48,050 nt of DNA from Macrostomum lignano (lineage: Eukaryota), in assembly GCA_002269645.1 (NCBI GenBank), contig NIVC01004377.1, positions 1-48,050 on the forward strand. Reading direction: 5' to 3'. The notes under the pieces were generated by a model. It searched no databases. It saw only the letters and a program-made list of their open reading frames with translations, and had not been told where the DNA came from. The stretch's first letter is position 1. Each line of letters starts with the position of its first letter. The translations under genes were made by a program, and so were the position numbers. This document shows, piece by piece, positions 17,998 to 29,885 of the stretch.

Positions 17998-20563
17998 ATG
18001 GAAACCTTTGTCGCACAGTTAAAAGCAACGCAGCTGGTGCGTTGGGTGTTCTGCGACACAAACGGCAACGCTCGATCCAAGCTGATCCCTGGTGGCATGA
18101 GCGCCCACTTTGTTACCAGGCAGCCGAGGCGATTCTGCACTGCCGTCATTCCAATGACTTGCAACAGCGAACTGCCCCATCTGGCCTGGGTGGTGGACAA
18201 CGGCTATCCGGACTGCGAGATGGTCCCGGATCCGGACTCCTTCCACCTGGTCAGCTGGTCCAAGTGCCAACAGCCCGGGAGCATCGGTCAGGTGAGTCTC
18301 AGTCCTAAATGCCTGACGATCCGCTCAGGAGGCAGTGGAAAGCGCAGGACTGCTTTCCTGCTCTTTGGCACCGCGCGTCGTTGAAGAGCTCAACTTTGAC
18401 CTCCCGTCGATTGGAGTCACAAATATACCTGCATGTACATGAAATAGTGCGGTAGTTCAAGTGTAATAACAGTAACAATACTCGAAGGATGGCTCTGGGC
18501 ACCCTTTCGTTGCTGGCGCTCTTTTGTGCTGTCAGCCCTACAATGAAGCCCTCAAGATGGTGCTTTGTGGTGCTGGCACTGTGGTAACTCTTAAATGCTT
18601 AGGAAACGCGAACGGATAGACAGATTTACTGAGACTGCACAACCTGCTGTTTTAGGTCCTGTGCTCCACAAACTGGCCAGACGGTGGCGGACCAGTGGAA
18701 TTCGATCCGAGAAACGTTGTCAGGCGTCAGATTGACCGATTGGATCGCGAGCTGGGCCTCAAACTGGCCAGCTGGACAGAGATGCAGTGGCACCTGTGCA
18801 AGCGGGGAGAGACAGGTTGGACTTCAACTGAACCCGCTGGTCACCTGGACGGCAGTCAGCTGATGCAGAAGTACGAAGTTTTAGTCAGCGAATTGTGCAG
18901 CTCGCTGATGGACACCGGAATCGCTGTTGAGTCAGTCAGTCCGGGATCTGGAGCTGGTCAGTTCTGCGTCTCGCTTGGGTCCAGAGACGGCGCTGCGGCT
19001 GCTGACGATGCGTTTATGGGCCGTGAGATTGTCAAGCAGGTAAGCTGATGCAGATTGGGAAAATTCCACAATATAATCACTATACCCGAACTTCCTGACT
19101 TATGAATTCCATTTTTTTGAGGTTGGTTTACCTGTCATGCTAACTTTAGAAATACTATACCGGAAATAAGGTTACCGGAAATAAGCAATTGAATTTTTGA
19201 ATTTTTTTTGAACAATTCAAATTGTCTTAAAATGCCCGCGTTATGTCCCTTGTTGAGAGCCTCAAACAGTCGTCGTCAAAATAGACCAGCCACTATTAGA
19301 AAGAAAACCCATTCACATTTCGACCGCCATCTGTGTTGTATCTGCGTTCACGACACTCAGCCGTGAAATTTTGTCGTTTTCGCACGCGGTACGTTTTATA
19401 AATTAATTTACGAAATCAATATTTAAGACTACCAAAAATGTATTTATGAGTATACGTACAGCTTTGTCTAACCCCATAACCATAGACACAACCTAAAAAA
19501 TTGCAAAACTTTATTACGAGCTAGAAGGCATTTTTAAAGACAACACACATTAAGAAAAATCCTTTTTAATATAGACAGTAACACTTCCTGTCTTCCTGTC
19601 TTCCTGTCTTCCTGACAGTAAGCCGTCCAGTAAGCTTCCTAAACTTTAAAGTGCCACAGCCATGTCAGTCATTATCAGTTTGACGAAAAAACTAAATAAT
19701 GCTTTTATTGGGGCCCTCATTGAATTTATAGATATGATTTTTTAATACTGCTTTAATTTTATATTTACTGAAAAGATTCATTCAATACGACGTATTCCGT
19801 TGGTGCTAATGGCTGAGCATTTAAAATTGATGGCCATGCACTATTGCAATTTCAGGTCGCTGCAAACCATAACCTGACGGCTACCTTCATGCCGATTCCG
19901 CATCTGCTGGCAAGCGCCAGCCGATTGCGCATCAATCATCAGCTTGTTGAGGCGCCAGACACCAGAGGCGACTTCAAACAACCGTTGAAGAATCTAGCGC
20001 CGCCTCAGGTGCTACGGCACTGGTTAGCAGGGCTGGTCCATCACGCTCCGGGCATAGCGGCGCTCACCTGGCCAACCCTGAACTGCTATCGAAGCGACAA
20101 GCCAGGCCGCCGAGTTACCTGGAGCTGTTCCGACTTGTCGACGCTGGCATCTCCCACACAGGCGTTGCCGGTTGTCGATCTGCGGATTGCACCAATGCGA
20201 TCGGCTGAGGATGGAGGAGATGTTGTCTGGCGGTTGGAGAACAATCTGCCCAGTTCAGCTGCTAGTGCACATATCGCTGTCGCGGCAACCGTGGCAGCTG
20301 GAATTGACGGCATCTTGAGACGTCTGGAGTTGCCGACGAGACCGGAGGAAGCGCCGATGCTACCGGCTGATTTGGCAAGCGGCCTAGCCGCTCTAGAGGC
20401 TGATGCTGTGATGGCAGACGCTCTGGGAGCTCAGTTGTTCGATTTCTGCCGTGAGGCTAGACTGCAGTTTGATCTAGCGATGGTGGCGGCCAAAGCTCAC
20501 GCCAACGAAAGCGATTCTGAGGCGCTGAAAAGAGAAGCTAAGTTTTATCTGGAGTTTCACTGA
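17998..20563 (+). CDS. Class-I glutamine synthetase-fold protein, lengsin-like, probable pseudoenzyme (461 aa, 3 exons)
   Basis: Exons 17998-18291, 18656-19039 and 19856-20563, all phase 0 with canonical GT-AG. Motifs: VRWVFCDTNGNARSKLIP, GYPDCEMVPDPDSF, VLC...DPRNVVRRQ, GAGQF...AADDAFMGREIVKQVA...LTATFMPIP, HWLAGLVHHAPGIAALTWPTLNCY, LENNLPS, LPADLASGLAALEAD. Confidence 0.9.
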
Positions 20564-21369
20564 TTGCAAATGACTATAGTCGCATGTATTGGCTGCTGGT
20601 TATGTATCATTAAAAAGACATAAATAAAAAACAGAAATTGTTTAGTTGTTATAGCTCGTACTGTACCTCAGCCGTGTAAGATAGTGTACTTTATCGATTG
20701 GTTCATTACGATAAATAACCAGGAATCGACTAATTCAATAGTCGAATAACTATAAAGCATTAAAATAAATAGAAATCAATTTTTACTTGTAAAGTTGACT
20801 TGAACTTGTCGATGCTTTCATCTCAAAATACTCAAACGTCAAATTGTATAGTCAATGTTACGTAAGTCTTGATGGTCTTCAGTGAGCTTTTGAGACATTC
20901 CCCCCCAATTGCCAGGTTCAACGCCCTCCCCATCCTGCGTCGCGGGCGACTTCAACTGGCGGGCTACTATGCGTGATCTGGACCGAGAGCTGCTGCCCCC
21001 AGTTTCTACAGGCCGTTCCTAGTTGGCTCTTTTTGCATGAGCCCATTAATTTGTAAATGTAGGCGGAACAAGCGAACTCGTCGATAGTCGTGCGAAGAAG
21101 GACCACTAGGAGCACTTCGGTATAGTCTAGTCTCTATAGTAGTCCTTGTACGCGAATTGCCTGCTGTGCGACGCAGGGATGCCCGACACCGTTGGTGGGG
21201 GTGTCGTTTGACGCACCTTTGTTTTTAACCTTTTTAAACTTAAATAGACTTATTTTCCTGGGCTTCTTTTGTTTCATTTGCTGTGCATATAATTCTAACC
21301 TTGCTTTACATGTTAGACCATTTAGAACAAGCAACAAAATACGCGACCCCGCATGCAAAGTCACAGTTA

Positions 21370-22915
21370 GAGTAGGGCGCGTCAGATGGTGCGTCGCAGA
21401 GCCTGGGAGCGAACGAATTCGGCCGCTCCCTTGGCAGTGCCGGGCGCCCCAACGTCGCACAGCAGGCAGTCCACGTATCGACGGGTTCGGGCCTGATCCC
21501 GACTGAACGGGCCCTGCAAGGTGAGGAGCAGGGCGTCCTGAAAATATTGGGGGCAGTAACTCTCGGCCCGGATCACGTGACCCGCCAGTGAAGTCGCCGC
21601 CGGCACAGGATGGTGAACGGGCGCTGCAGCTTGGCCCGATCGGTTTCGACCACCGCCTGCCACAGCCGAGCCCTTTGGCGGTCAGGCAGCGCTTCGGACT
21701 GGAGGACGGCTCGGATTGAACGGAAGGCCGCCCAGGCAAGTCCTCTGCGCCTCCTGAGGTCTTCTCCACGTGAGGCACCAGACCGCCGAGGTAGGGGAAC
21801 CGCTGGCAGCGTGCGAACCTGGTCGTCTGCCCGTCTGCGCCGCGGCACGTCAGGTCAGCTGGGATGTCGGCTGGCACAGTCAGCACCTCGGTCTTCAGCG
21901 TGTTGACGATAAGACCGACGCTCAATGCAACCTCGACCAGCCTGTCGATCTGGCGCTGGGTTCCTTCAACGGACGAGAACAAGGAGGGCGAGGTCGTCGG
22001 CGTAGCCAAGCACGCTCAGGCGCTTTTCGCCGTGGCGGCGACCGATGCATCTGCGCAGCAGGAAGCCGTCGTCAGCCGAGGGGTGTGCGCGGTCCGAAGC
22101 ACCCAGTCCAGCAGCAGCACGAAGAGGAAGGGCGCCAGCGTGTCGCCCTGCAGAACTCCTGATGAAATATTGTCGAACAGGTGAGACAGGCCGTCAGCCG
22201 TCACCACAGCAGTTCGAGTGTCGCAATACAGCGCCATGACAGCGTCGACTACTAGCTGCAGGGGTACCAGGTAGGCTCGTAGGACAAAGAGAAGCGCGGC
22301 TCACAGAGTCAAACACAGAGTCAAACGCCTTTCGAAAGTCAACAAAGACAATGATCAGCGTAGACTGAAGAATGCGCGCCTCCTCGATGACACGGCGGAG
22401 TGCGAGGATCTGTGTCACTGTACGGCGTTGCGGCCGGAATCCGTTCTGCTCGTACCGTAGGTACGGGGTCCAGCACCGACTGCAGACGATCGAGCAGCAG
22501 CCGAGCCGGTTGAAGAGCTAGCTTCTTCGCGGTGCAGGACATCAGCGAGATCCCGCGGTGGTCTTCTTTCCGCGTTGTCCCTAGCCTGCCTTCTTCGGGA
22601 TCGGCACAATGTGCACGACAGTCCACTCGGTTGGTGCGGGGGCGCCGGCGAGCACGTGGTTCATGACACCTATGACCTGGGAGGTCACACAGCGCAGAGC
22701 CGCAGCGCCTCGACCAGGACTTCGTCGGGACCGAGCGCCTTGCCGCCTGATGTTTTCCGAGCGAACCGTCCTCCGTGGTACTGTCGACTGGTCTGGTGCA
22801 GAAGTCCTCCTCAGCTGGGATCAAGCGGCGTGTCCAGTGCAGTGGGAGATCGAGCAAAGCTGGCGCGGGCAGCGGCGACGCGGGCGCATTCACGATGCGC
22901 CGGCGAAGTCGCGCA
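21370..22915 (-). mobile_element. Degraded, 5'-truncated RTE-clade non-LTR retrotransposon (reverse transcriptase region)
   Basis: Frame-broken RT motifs: QILALRRVIEE, VFVDFRKAFDSV, SGVLQGDTLAPFLFVLLLDWVLR, LGYADDLAL, GLIVNTLKTEVL, FPYLGG, RRRGLAWAAF. Confidence 0.9.
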
Positions 22916-24136
22916 ATTCTAATAGCAATTCTAATAGCATTAGAATTCTAATTCTAATAGTCATCAGCAAATCTAATATTTGTCATTTGTATGGAATAAT
23001 TAATAATTAATAATTGTACTATTTTCTATTTTTTTATCAACTTATATTTGTATTACAAATCTTATATATACAGTACTTTAACTCATTGTCCCCTTTTTCC
23101 TTCTCTTCTTCTGCTCTCTGTTCTTTCACCCTTGCCTCTGGCGCTTTCACCCTTCCCTTGGGTGCACTACGGATGCACGCAAATTTGACGACAAACAAAT
23201 TCGGCGAAAGCAAATTCGGCGACAATCTAGGAAAATTCGGCGCAGTTCACGTCTTTTTATAGCTAAGGACAAGTTAAAGTAAATTATATGTAATAAAGGC
23301 TTTCTTAAAGTGCTCGTGAAAATTTTTTAATGTAAAATAATGGCCGCATAAGCTCGTGTTAAAATAACCGAAAAACTTTGTTGTTAAAATTGGACATCCC
23401 GCGGTCCCTAGTTGAGAATGAACCGAGTGGTCTGCAGGCCTGCAGACGAATAGCCGGCAGACGAATAGTCCGGTACCCATAATCACTAACCCCCCTATTA
23501 GAATTTCATTTTTTGTTTACAAAGACTTATAGTTTTAATAAACATTATAATTATAAATTGCAATAGGCTATCAAAGTTCAATGCAATTGCGATATTGCAA
23601 TATTTTTTAGCTACAGTGAGTTTTTAGAAATACCATATATGCCAGTTTATATAATATATAGTTTTTTTATAGAATGTTTTTCTCCTAATATATATATTTT
23701 ATTAGGGCCTATCATAAACTCAGTGCTGGGCAAGTTAATCAATTTTTTTAACTCGTTAAAAGTTAAAAAGTTAATTTAATTGCTCCAAAAAAATTAACTG
23801 TAACTAGTTAATTATTTAACTTTTGCCCAAAATTTAACTTCTGAAAAGTTAAAAGTTAAAGTTAATAATTATCTAACGGAAAAAGTGACATTTTCCCGGA
23901 CATGCGTCCGGCGCGTTTTTTAAATTTCAGGTCGGCGCGGCGCGCCTGTGGCCAGGTCGCGGTGCGGCGCGGCGCGCGGTGGCGCGACGCAGCGCAGAAG
24001 GTCGTGCGGCGGCGCGGGAAGTCGCGCGGCGGCGCGACATGGCGCAGTATGGTGCAACGCGACAAGGAAATATCTATGCAGCGCGACGCGGAGCAGCGCA
24101 GCAGGAAAGGCAGAATTACAACTACATGTATACAAC

Positions 24137-25189
24137 TAGGGATGTCGACCCCGGGGAGCTTGTCGGGGAATACTCCCCGGGGAATTAGACCGGGGACCCC
24201 GGGGAGAAAAAAAAGCATTTTTAACTAAATTTTTGCCATTTAAATAAGGAAATCATTCACAGAAAGCTGATTGAAACTCTGTCTATGCTTTTTTACCGCA
24301 AAACTGCTTATTTCAATGTATTATTTCAAACACAACACACGTTTGAATGGGGGGGGGTTCATAAGACCGAAATTTCACAACGCCGAAACACCATACTTCA
24401 CAAGACCGAAACTTCATAAGATCGAAATTTAACATCGTAGAAAACCTCACAATAAGGATTGTATTGCATGCAGAATTTTCGGCGTTGTGAAATTTCGGTC
24501 TTATGAAGTTTCGGTCTTGTGAAGGGTAGTGCTTTTCGGCGTTGTGAAATTTCGGTCTTATGAAAGCGACCCGTTTGAATGTTTTTTTCACTATGAGTCT
24601 TTCAATCAAGCAAATTGAACGTACGAGCGTAGAAACCCGTCAGGAAAAAGAAGCCTTACTGACTATTGTGTTGGTCTGCGTTGATGGCTTGACGCATTTG
24701 ACGCAGGCACAGCGCTATATCCTGCGTCAGTCACTGACGCATAGGGGGGTGTCATACAATAACAAAATACTCCCTATTAGACAGGACAAAATGGTGATTT
24801 ACATGTATCTGCAAGAAATTAAAATTCCGATTATAAAAACAGTCTCATTCATTAATTATCCTCCCTCGAGTGCAGCTGCTGAGTATGCATTTTCCGCCTC
24901 CGGAGTCTGGACCCTTTCTGATAAAGGTGCGCGCACGATTTGGTGATGCCACGTTGTCAAATACAGTTTTAAACAAACATTGCCTTAAGTTTTTACCCTT
25001 GCGCCTTGAACATGTAGTCCATCCAAAGCTTTAATCAAAGTTTAAGAAATGCCACTTAGTGACTTAAGATCTAAGTTATCCGCCGTTTTTTACTTATTTT
25101 TTTCCCCGGAGTCCCCGGGGTCCCCGGGGAATGACAGTAAATTACCCGGGTCCCCGATAAGAAAATTCCCCGGGGAATCGACATCCCTA
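24137..25189 (+). mobile_element. Second hAT element nested in the first, with a transposase dimerisation-domain remnant
   Basis: TIRs TAGGGATGTCGA...TCGACATCCCTA, 8-bp TSD TATACAAC/TGTACAAC (7 of 8 match), and the remnant PPSSAAAEYAFSASG at about 24860-24905 resembling the hATC motif P-S---ER-FS. Confidence 0.85.
24349..24572. mobile_element. ~223-bp MITE nested in the inner hAT
   Basis: Long imperfect TIRs (TTCATAAGACCGAAATTTCACAACGCCGAAA and its complement) and a direct repeat (C)GTTTGAAT on both sides (8-9 bp TSD). Confidence 0.85.
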
Positions 25190-25689
25190 TGTACAACGAT
25201 AACTTCTAGTAGTCCTTGGGTAGAATATCAATAAATAATAGTTGAAGATTCCAGAATCTTCCGGAATATTCTATACATTATAACTTGTAACTGAAATAAT
25301 ATACATGTAATAGTTTGTGACGCGTTAAATAATGCTTAGAAAGGCGAAGTTATTTTATGTATGTATTAATTTTACTTTTTAATGGCATACAAGCTGTTGA
25401 AACCCGCGGATTTTGAACCCGGGGAACTCTATTTCCCGGAATTATTAACTTTTGTCATTTAACTTTAACTTACAGAAAAAAATTAACGATTTTTGTTGAC
25501 TAGTTAATACATAAAAAAATTAACGAAAATTTAACGATTTTTAAACAATTAACTAGTTAACGCCCAGCACTGCATAAACTTCTTAATGGTAAATATTAAT
25601 AAAGCTCAATGGCATAACTATGGTTTCGTTCGTTTTATTATTTTATTTAAAAAAGCAACAAGTTATTAGAGATTACAGCAAACCGTATA

Positions 25690-27618
25690 TGTTGTCGTAA
25701 TCTTTAGGCCAAGTTATCAATAAACTGGGCACCTTCTCAGCATTGCAGACACATTTGAGCACCCGGCTGGCATCCACACTGCCGTTCATTGGCAAGCAGC
25801 CTATAGGTGGCCAACCAATGAATAGTAGCCAGCATATCAGTTGTCATGGCTGCCAGGTCCCTCATCATGAGGTCCAGTTGGCATAGCTCTGTAGGTGGGT
25901 GGACGCAAATTGCCTATTGGAATGATTGTCGTAGGAGCTGGTGGTCATCCAACCATTTCTTCGTGCCATAGTCCGGATCATGTCGTTTACGCCGGAGATC
26001 TCCGGCGTAAATCTGGTTTGGGATCGGAGGCTGGCGTAAGTGCTTGGCGTAAGTATAGGCCAAAATGTGCCTTGGCGTAAGTGCTTGGCGTAAGTACATG
26101 GCATAAATCAAGTGGCATAAATGTTGGCACAAATGAGATCATTCACGATCAAATGTATCACAGTTATAGAACATTACACATTTGCGTTAATTATGATGTT
26201 AAAGAGCAGCATTAAAACAAAGTTCATTAAAATATTGCAGTTCGTATACATGAGATAGCAGAATATCTATTGTAGGATAGCAAAAGTTTTTTTAGCTTCA
26301 AGATGCTTACTTTGATTCTTGATTTAGAATTTGCAACTTGTGAGATTTTTAAACAGTTGCAACTTCTGAATTTAATTAATCACCGATATTGTGGCAGGCG
26401 GGTTGCCACAAAACTGTAATACTTTAAAATTTAATAATAATAATTTTCCATTTAAATTGATGCCCGATTCCCGGAATTTTTATTTTAATTTTCAACGGTT
26501 GTGCCGCATTATACTTTCCCATCGTTGCCCTTGTGCTTCCCATTGTTGCCCCTTTGGGTTGCCCTGCCGTTGAAGCGATTTTTCCTTTTGTTGATCTATG
26601 CCATTTTGCTATCCAATGCTATGTGTTTAATTCGTCCATCTGGCTGCCCACATGTTCGCCCACCCTGTAGCCCAGCTATCCGTCCCAACCCCCGTCCTTG
26701 AATTGAGTTTAATAATTTTGCTTATATAAACTGCGGTTCTGCCGCGATGATTTTTAAAAAAACGCAAAAACTCCTTTTCCTTCGCATCACAACACAACAC
26801 CCCCTTCCTGTTTAAGTTGTTTGGTGATAATCTCGTTCCGCCTCCTATCACTCACTGTTCGTTTTGTCTTGTTGCTCGGTCGATTGTTTATACGTCGCCG
26901 CCCAAAAGAATCCTTGTGCGCAAGTAATAAATCAACGCCTGCTGATAATACCAATAATCCAACAACTCCTATAATATAACCAATAAATAACGTCGACAAG
27001 TTAATCAATAACTTCTATTTATCCGTTGACATTGCCATAGCTTATCTTGAGTCATTTGCCCGTGGGGCGTAAAATAACCGATTAGTCTCAACTCAAGAAA
27101 GCTCTGAGACTCCATTCGTTCCGTAATACGTAAATTACGGTGGTGGCAGCAACTACCCTACTGACAGTAATGAGTTCAACACATCGACGCATCAATTTAC
27201 GGAGACAGCATCTCCGGAGTTCCTACAACTGAACGACCGTGCCACTTTACGACCGCTCCGCTACGATTACAACTACCCTCCCCCCGGACTTGAGAACCCG
27301 GCAGTCGGAGTAAAGGAGAAGAAATTCGTTGGGATTCACCTGCGCGATTTTCCGGCTTTATTTGTGCAAACTAAACGCCAGCGGCTATTCAAACGAGGAA
27401 CCCGCCCCACCTCATTGGTGTCAGCAAATTTTCAAAAGCAACAGTTCCAAGGAAAAAAATTCTTCTCCACCCCCACCTCAATATTCTATTCTATTCACAA
27501 GAATTGTGAGGGACCTTTTTTGGGTGGCGTAAGTCAGAGGGACCTTTTTTGGTTGGCGTAAGTCTGGCGTAAGTGCCAAAAAATGTTGGATTTTTCCTCC
27601 GGCGTAAGTCAAGCAATC
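25690..27618 (-). mobile_element. Probable Merlin/ISXO2-like transposon remnant (one end plus the N-terminal transposase fragment)
   Basis: Minus frame at about 25690-25870 reads DMLATIHWLATYRLLANERQCGCQPGAQMCLQC*EGAQFIDNLA*, resembling the wL---Ll---C-C---M-L---DG--W zinc-ribbon N-terminus of IS1595/Merlin transposases. GGCGTAAGT subterminal motif clusters lie at 26030-26100 and 27525-27610. Confidence 0.5.
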
Positions 27619-28680
27619 CAGACTATGGTCTTCGTGCGCTGAAACAAATTTGAAACAAGAAATAATATAACAAACAATTAAAACCATAGTTATGGCAGTT
27701 AAATGACAATTAGTCTATTAATATATTTTAAACACTGAGGTGGAAAAGTATAATATATAAATTACCCATTATTATTAAAAAAATAGCTACCTATAAGCAG
27801 AAAGAAGTTAGATAGAGTTATTACAAGTTGGATCAAATTTTGGATAGAAAAATTATAATTAAGCTAGATTAAAGTCAGATCAAAGTTATGTTTACATTAG
27901 ATTGAGTTATTAAAAGCATCATAGGCTTAGTATAAAGAGAGAGAAATAAAGTACTAGGGCCTTCTGGTAAGACTAAGTACCGCTGCTAGTAGCAATAGCA
28001 ATTGGTAGTGGCTAGTGGGGCCTTCTGGCAAGACAGAGTATAGGCAACAATAGCAATTGGTTCCAAAGCTTTTTAGTAAGATGCAGTGCTGTTGCCACTA
28101 AGTGGTATGAACTTCAAAGGTGCGCGGTCATTTCGTCTGCCGCCTTTTCGTCTGCCGGCAGACGAAACGACTTTTTAAAATAAGTTTTATAAATGGCTGA
28201 AATTAATTTATAGTTTATTTTTAATACTTATAATTTACTAGTAATTTTCAGATTTAGAATTAGATGTAGTCTTTGCATTTTTTATTTTGCTTATCGCAAT
28301 GTTTCCAAGAAATACAATTATTCGTATATAAGCTTTAATTGAATCTACGTAGTGAGCTGTGAATGGGATTTATAATTTGTGCGCGTGTAACTTACTTATA
28401 ATAAGTAAAATAATTCCAACTCGACTGATTGCTTTTGAGCTTTGAAGCTTTGAGACGGTTAAGAGATAGTATGGCGTCTGCCAAATCATGACGAAAATGC
28501 ATTGAATTCGTTCAATTGCGTAGTTAAATACTAGCAATCTTCGCCCCCCCCCCGATGGGGGGGCATCTAGATAGAATCTCTGGCTCTCTACAAGTATCAA
28601 AAAGACGGCCAAAAAAAGCCTTCACATAGACAATAGAAAAACTGCTCAAATGAAGTGCAATGCAAAAAGAAAACATCCCA

Positions 28681-29474
28681 GGACAGCAAGCAACCCCCCA
28701 GATAGCAAGCACCCCCAGATAGCAAGCATCTCCAGATAGCAAGCACCCCCAGATAGCAGGCACCCCAGATAGCAAGCATCCACCTAATAGCAAGCACCCC
28801 AAGATAGCAAGCACCCTTAGATAGCAAGCACCCCCCAGATAGCAAGCACCCCAGATAGCAAGCATCCACCTAATAGCAAGCACTCCAAGATAGCAGGCAC
28901 CCCAGATAGCAAGCATCCACCTAATAGCAAGCACCCCCAGATAGCTAGAACCCCCAAGATAGCAAGCATCCCCCCCAGATAGCAAGCAACCCCAGATAGC
29001 ACGCATCTCCAGATAGCAAGCACTCCAAGATAGCAGGCACCCCAGATAGCAAGCATCCACCTAATAGCAAGCACCCCCAGATAGCAAGCACCCCCAGATA
29101 GCAAGCACCCCCAGATAGCAAGCACCCCCAGATAGCAAGCACCCCCAGATAGCAAGCACCCCCAGATAGCACGCATCTCCAGATAGCAAGCACTCCAAGA
29201 TAGCAGGCACCCCAGATAGCAAGCATCCACCTAATAGCAAGCACCCCAGATAGCTAGAACCCCCAAGATAGCAAGCATCCCCCCCCCCAGATAGCAAGCA
29301 ACCCCAGATAGCACGCATCTCCAGATAGCAAGCACTCCAAGATAGCAGGCACCCCAGATAGCAAGCACCCCCAGATAGCAAGCACCCCTAGATAGCAAGC
29401 ACCCCCAGATAGCAAGCACCCCCAGATAGCACGCATCTCCAGATAGCAAGCACTCCAAGATAGTAGGCACCCCA
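28681..29474. repeat. ~18-19-bp minisatellite (AGATAGCAAGCACCCCCC) inside the Helitron
   Basis: Tandem copies with variants, directly visible. Confidence 0.95.
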
Positions 29475-29885
29475 TTTATGTTTGACATGGTAGCTGTTTT
29501 GTGTTTGACATGGTGGCTCTTTAATGTTTGACATGGTGGCTTTTTAATGTTTGACCTGGTGGCATTTTAATGTCTGCAATGATGGCTCTTTAATGTCTGA
29601 CATGGAGTCACCTATACGCTTGACATGGTGGCTCTTTAATGTTTGGCATGGTGGCACTTTAATGTCTGAAATGGAGTCATGTATACGCTTGACATGGTGA
29701 CTCGTTGATGTTTGACATAGTGGCTCTTTTATGTTCGACATGGTGGCTCTTTAATGTTTGACCTGGTGGCACCTTAATGTCTGTAATGATGGCTTTTTAA
29801 TGTTCGACATGGTGGCTCTTTAATGTTCGACATGGAATCACATATGTTTGACATGGTGGCCTTTAATGTTTGAAATGGTGCCACT
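29475..29885. repeat. ~22-bp diverged minisatellite (TGTTTGACATGGTGGCTCTTTAA) inside the Helitron
   Basis: Tandem copies, directly visible. Confidence 0.9.

Larger units (their letters stand above)
23721..25572. mobile_element. Non-autonomous hAT element (outer)
   Basis: TIRs CAGTGCTGGGC...GCCCAGCACTG, perfect 8-bp TSD CATAAACT (23713-23720 and 25573-25580), TTAAC-rich subtermini. Confidence 0.9.

Noticed and set aside
21370-22915. Active RTE retrotransposon
   Set aside because: No endonuclease domain, 5' truncated, and many frame breaks.
23171-23478. Complete MITE
   Set aside because: The two ends have different motifs and there is no TSD. Probably fragments of two elements.
28524-29488. 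Multiple 70-180 aa ORFs
   Set aside because: Translations of the Helitron-internal minisatellite.
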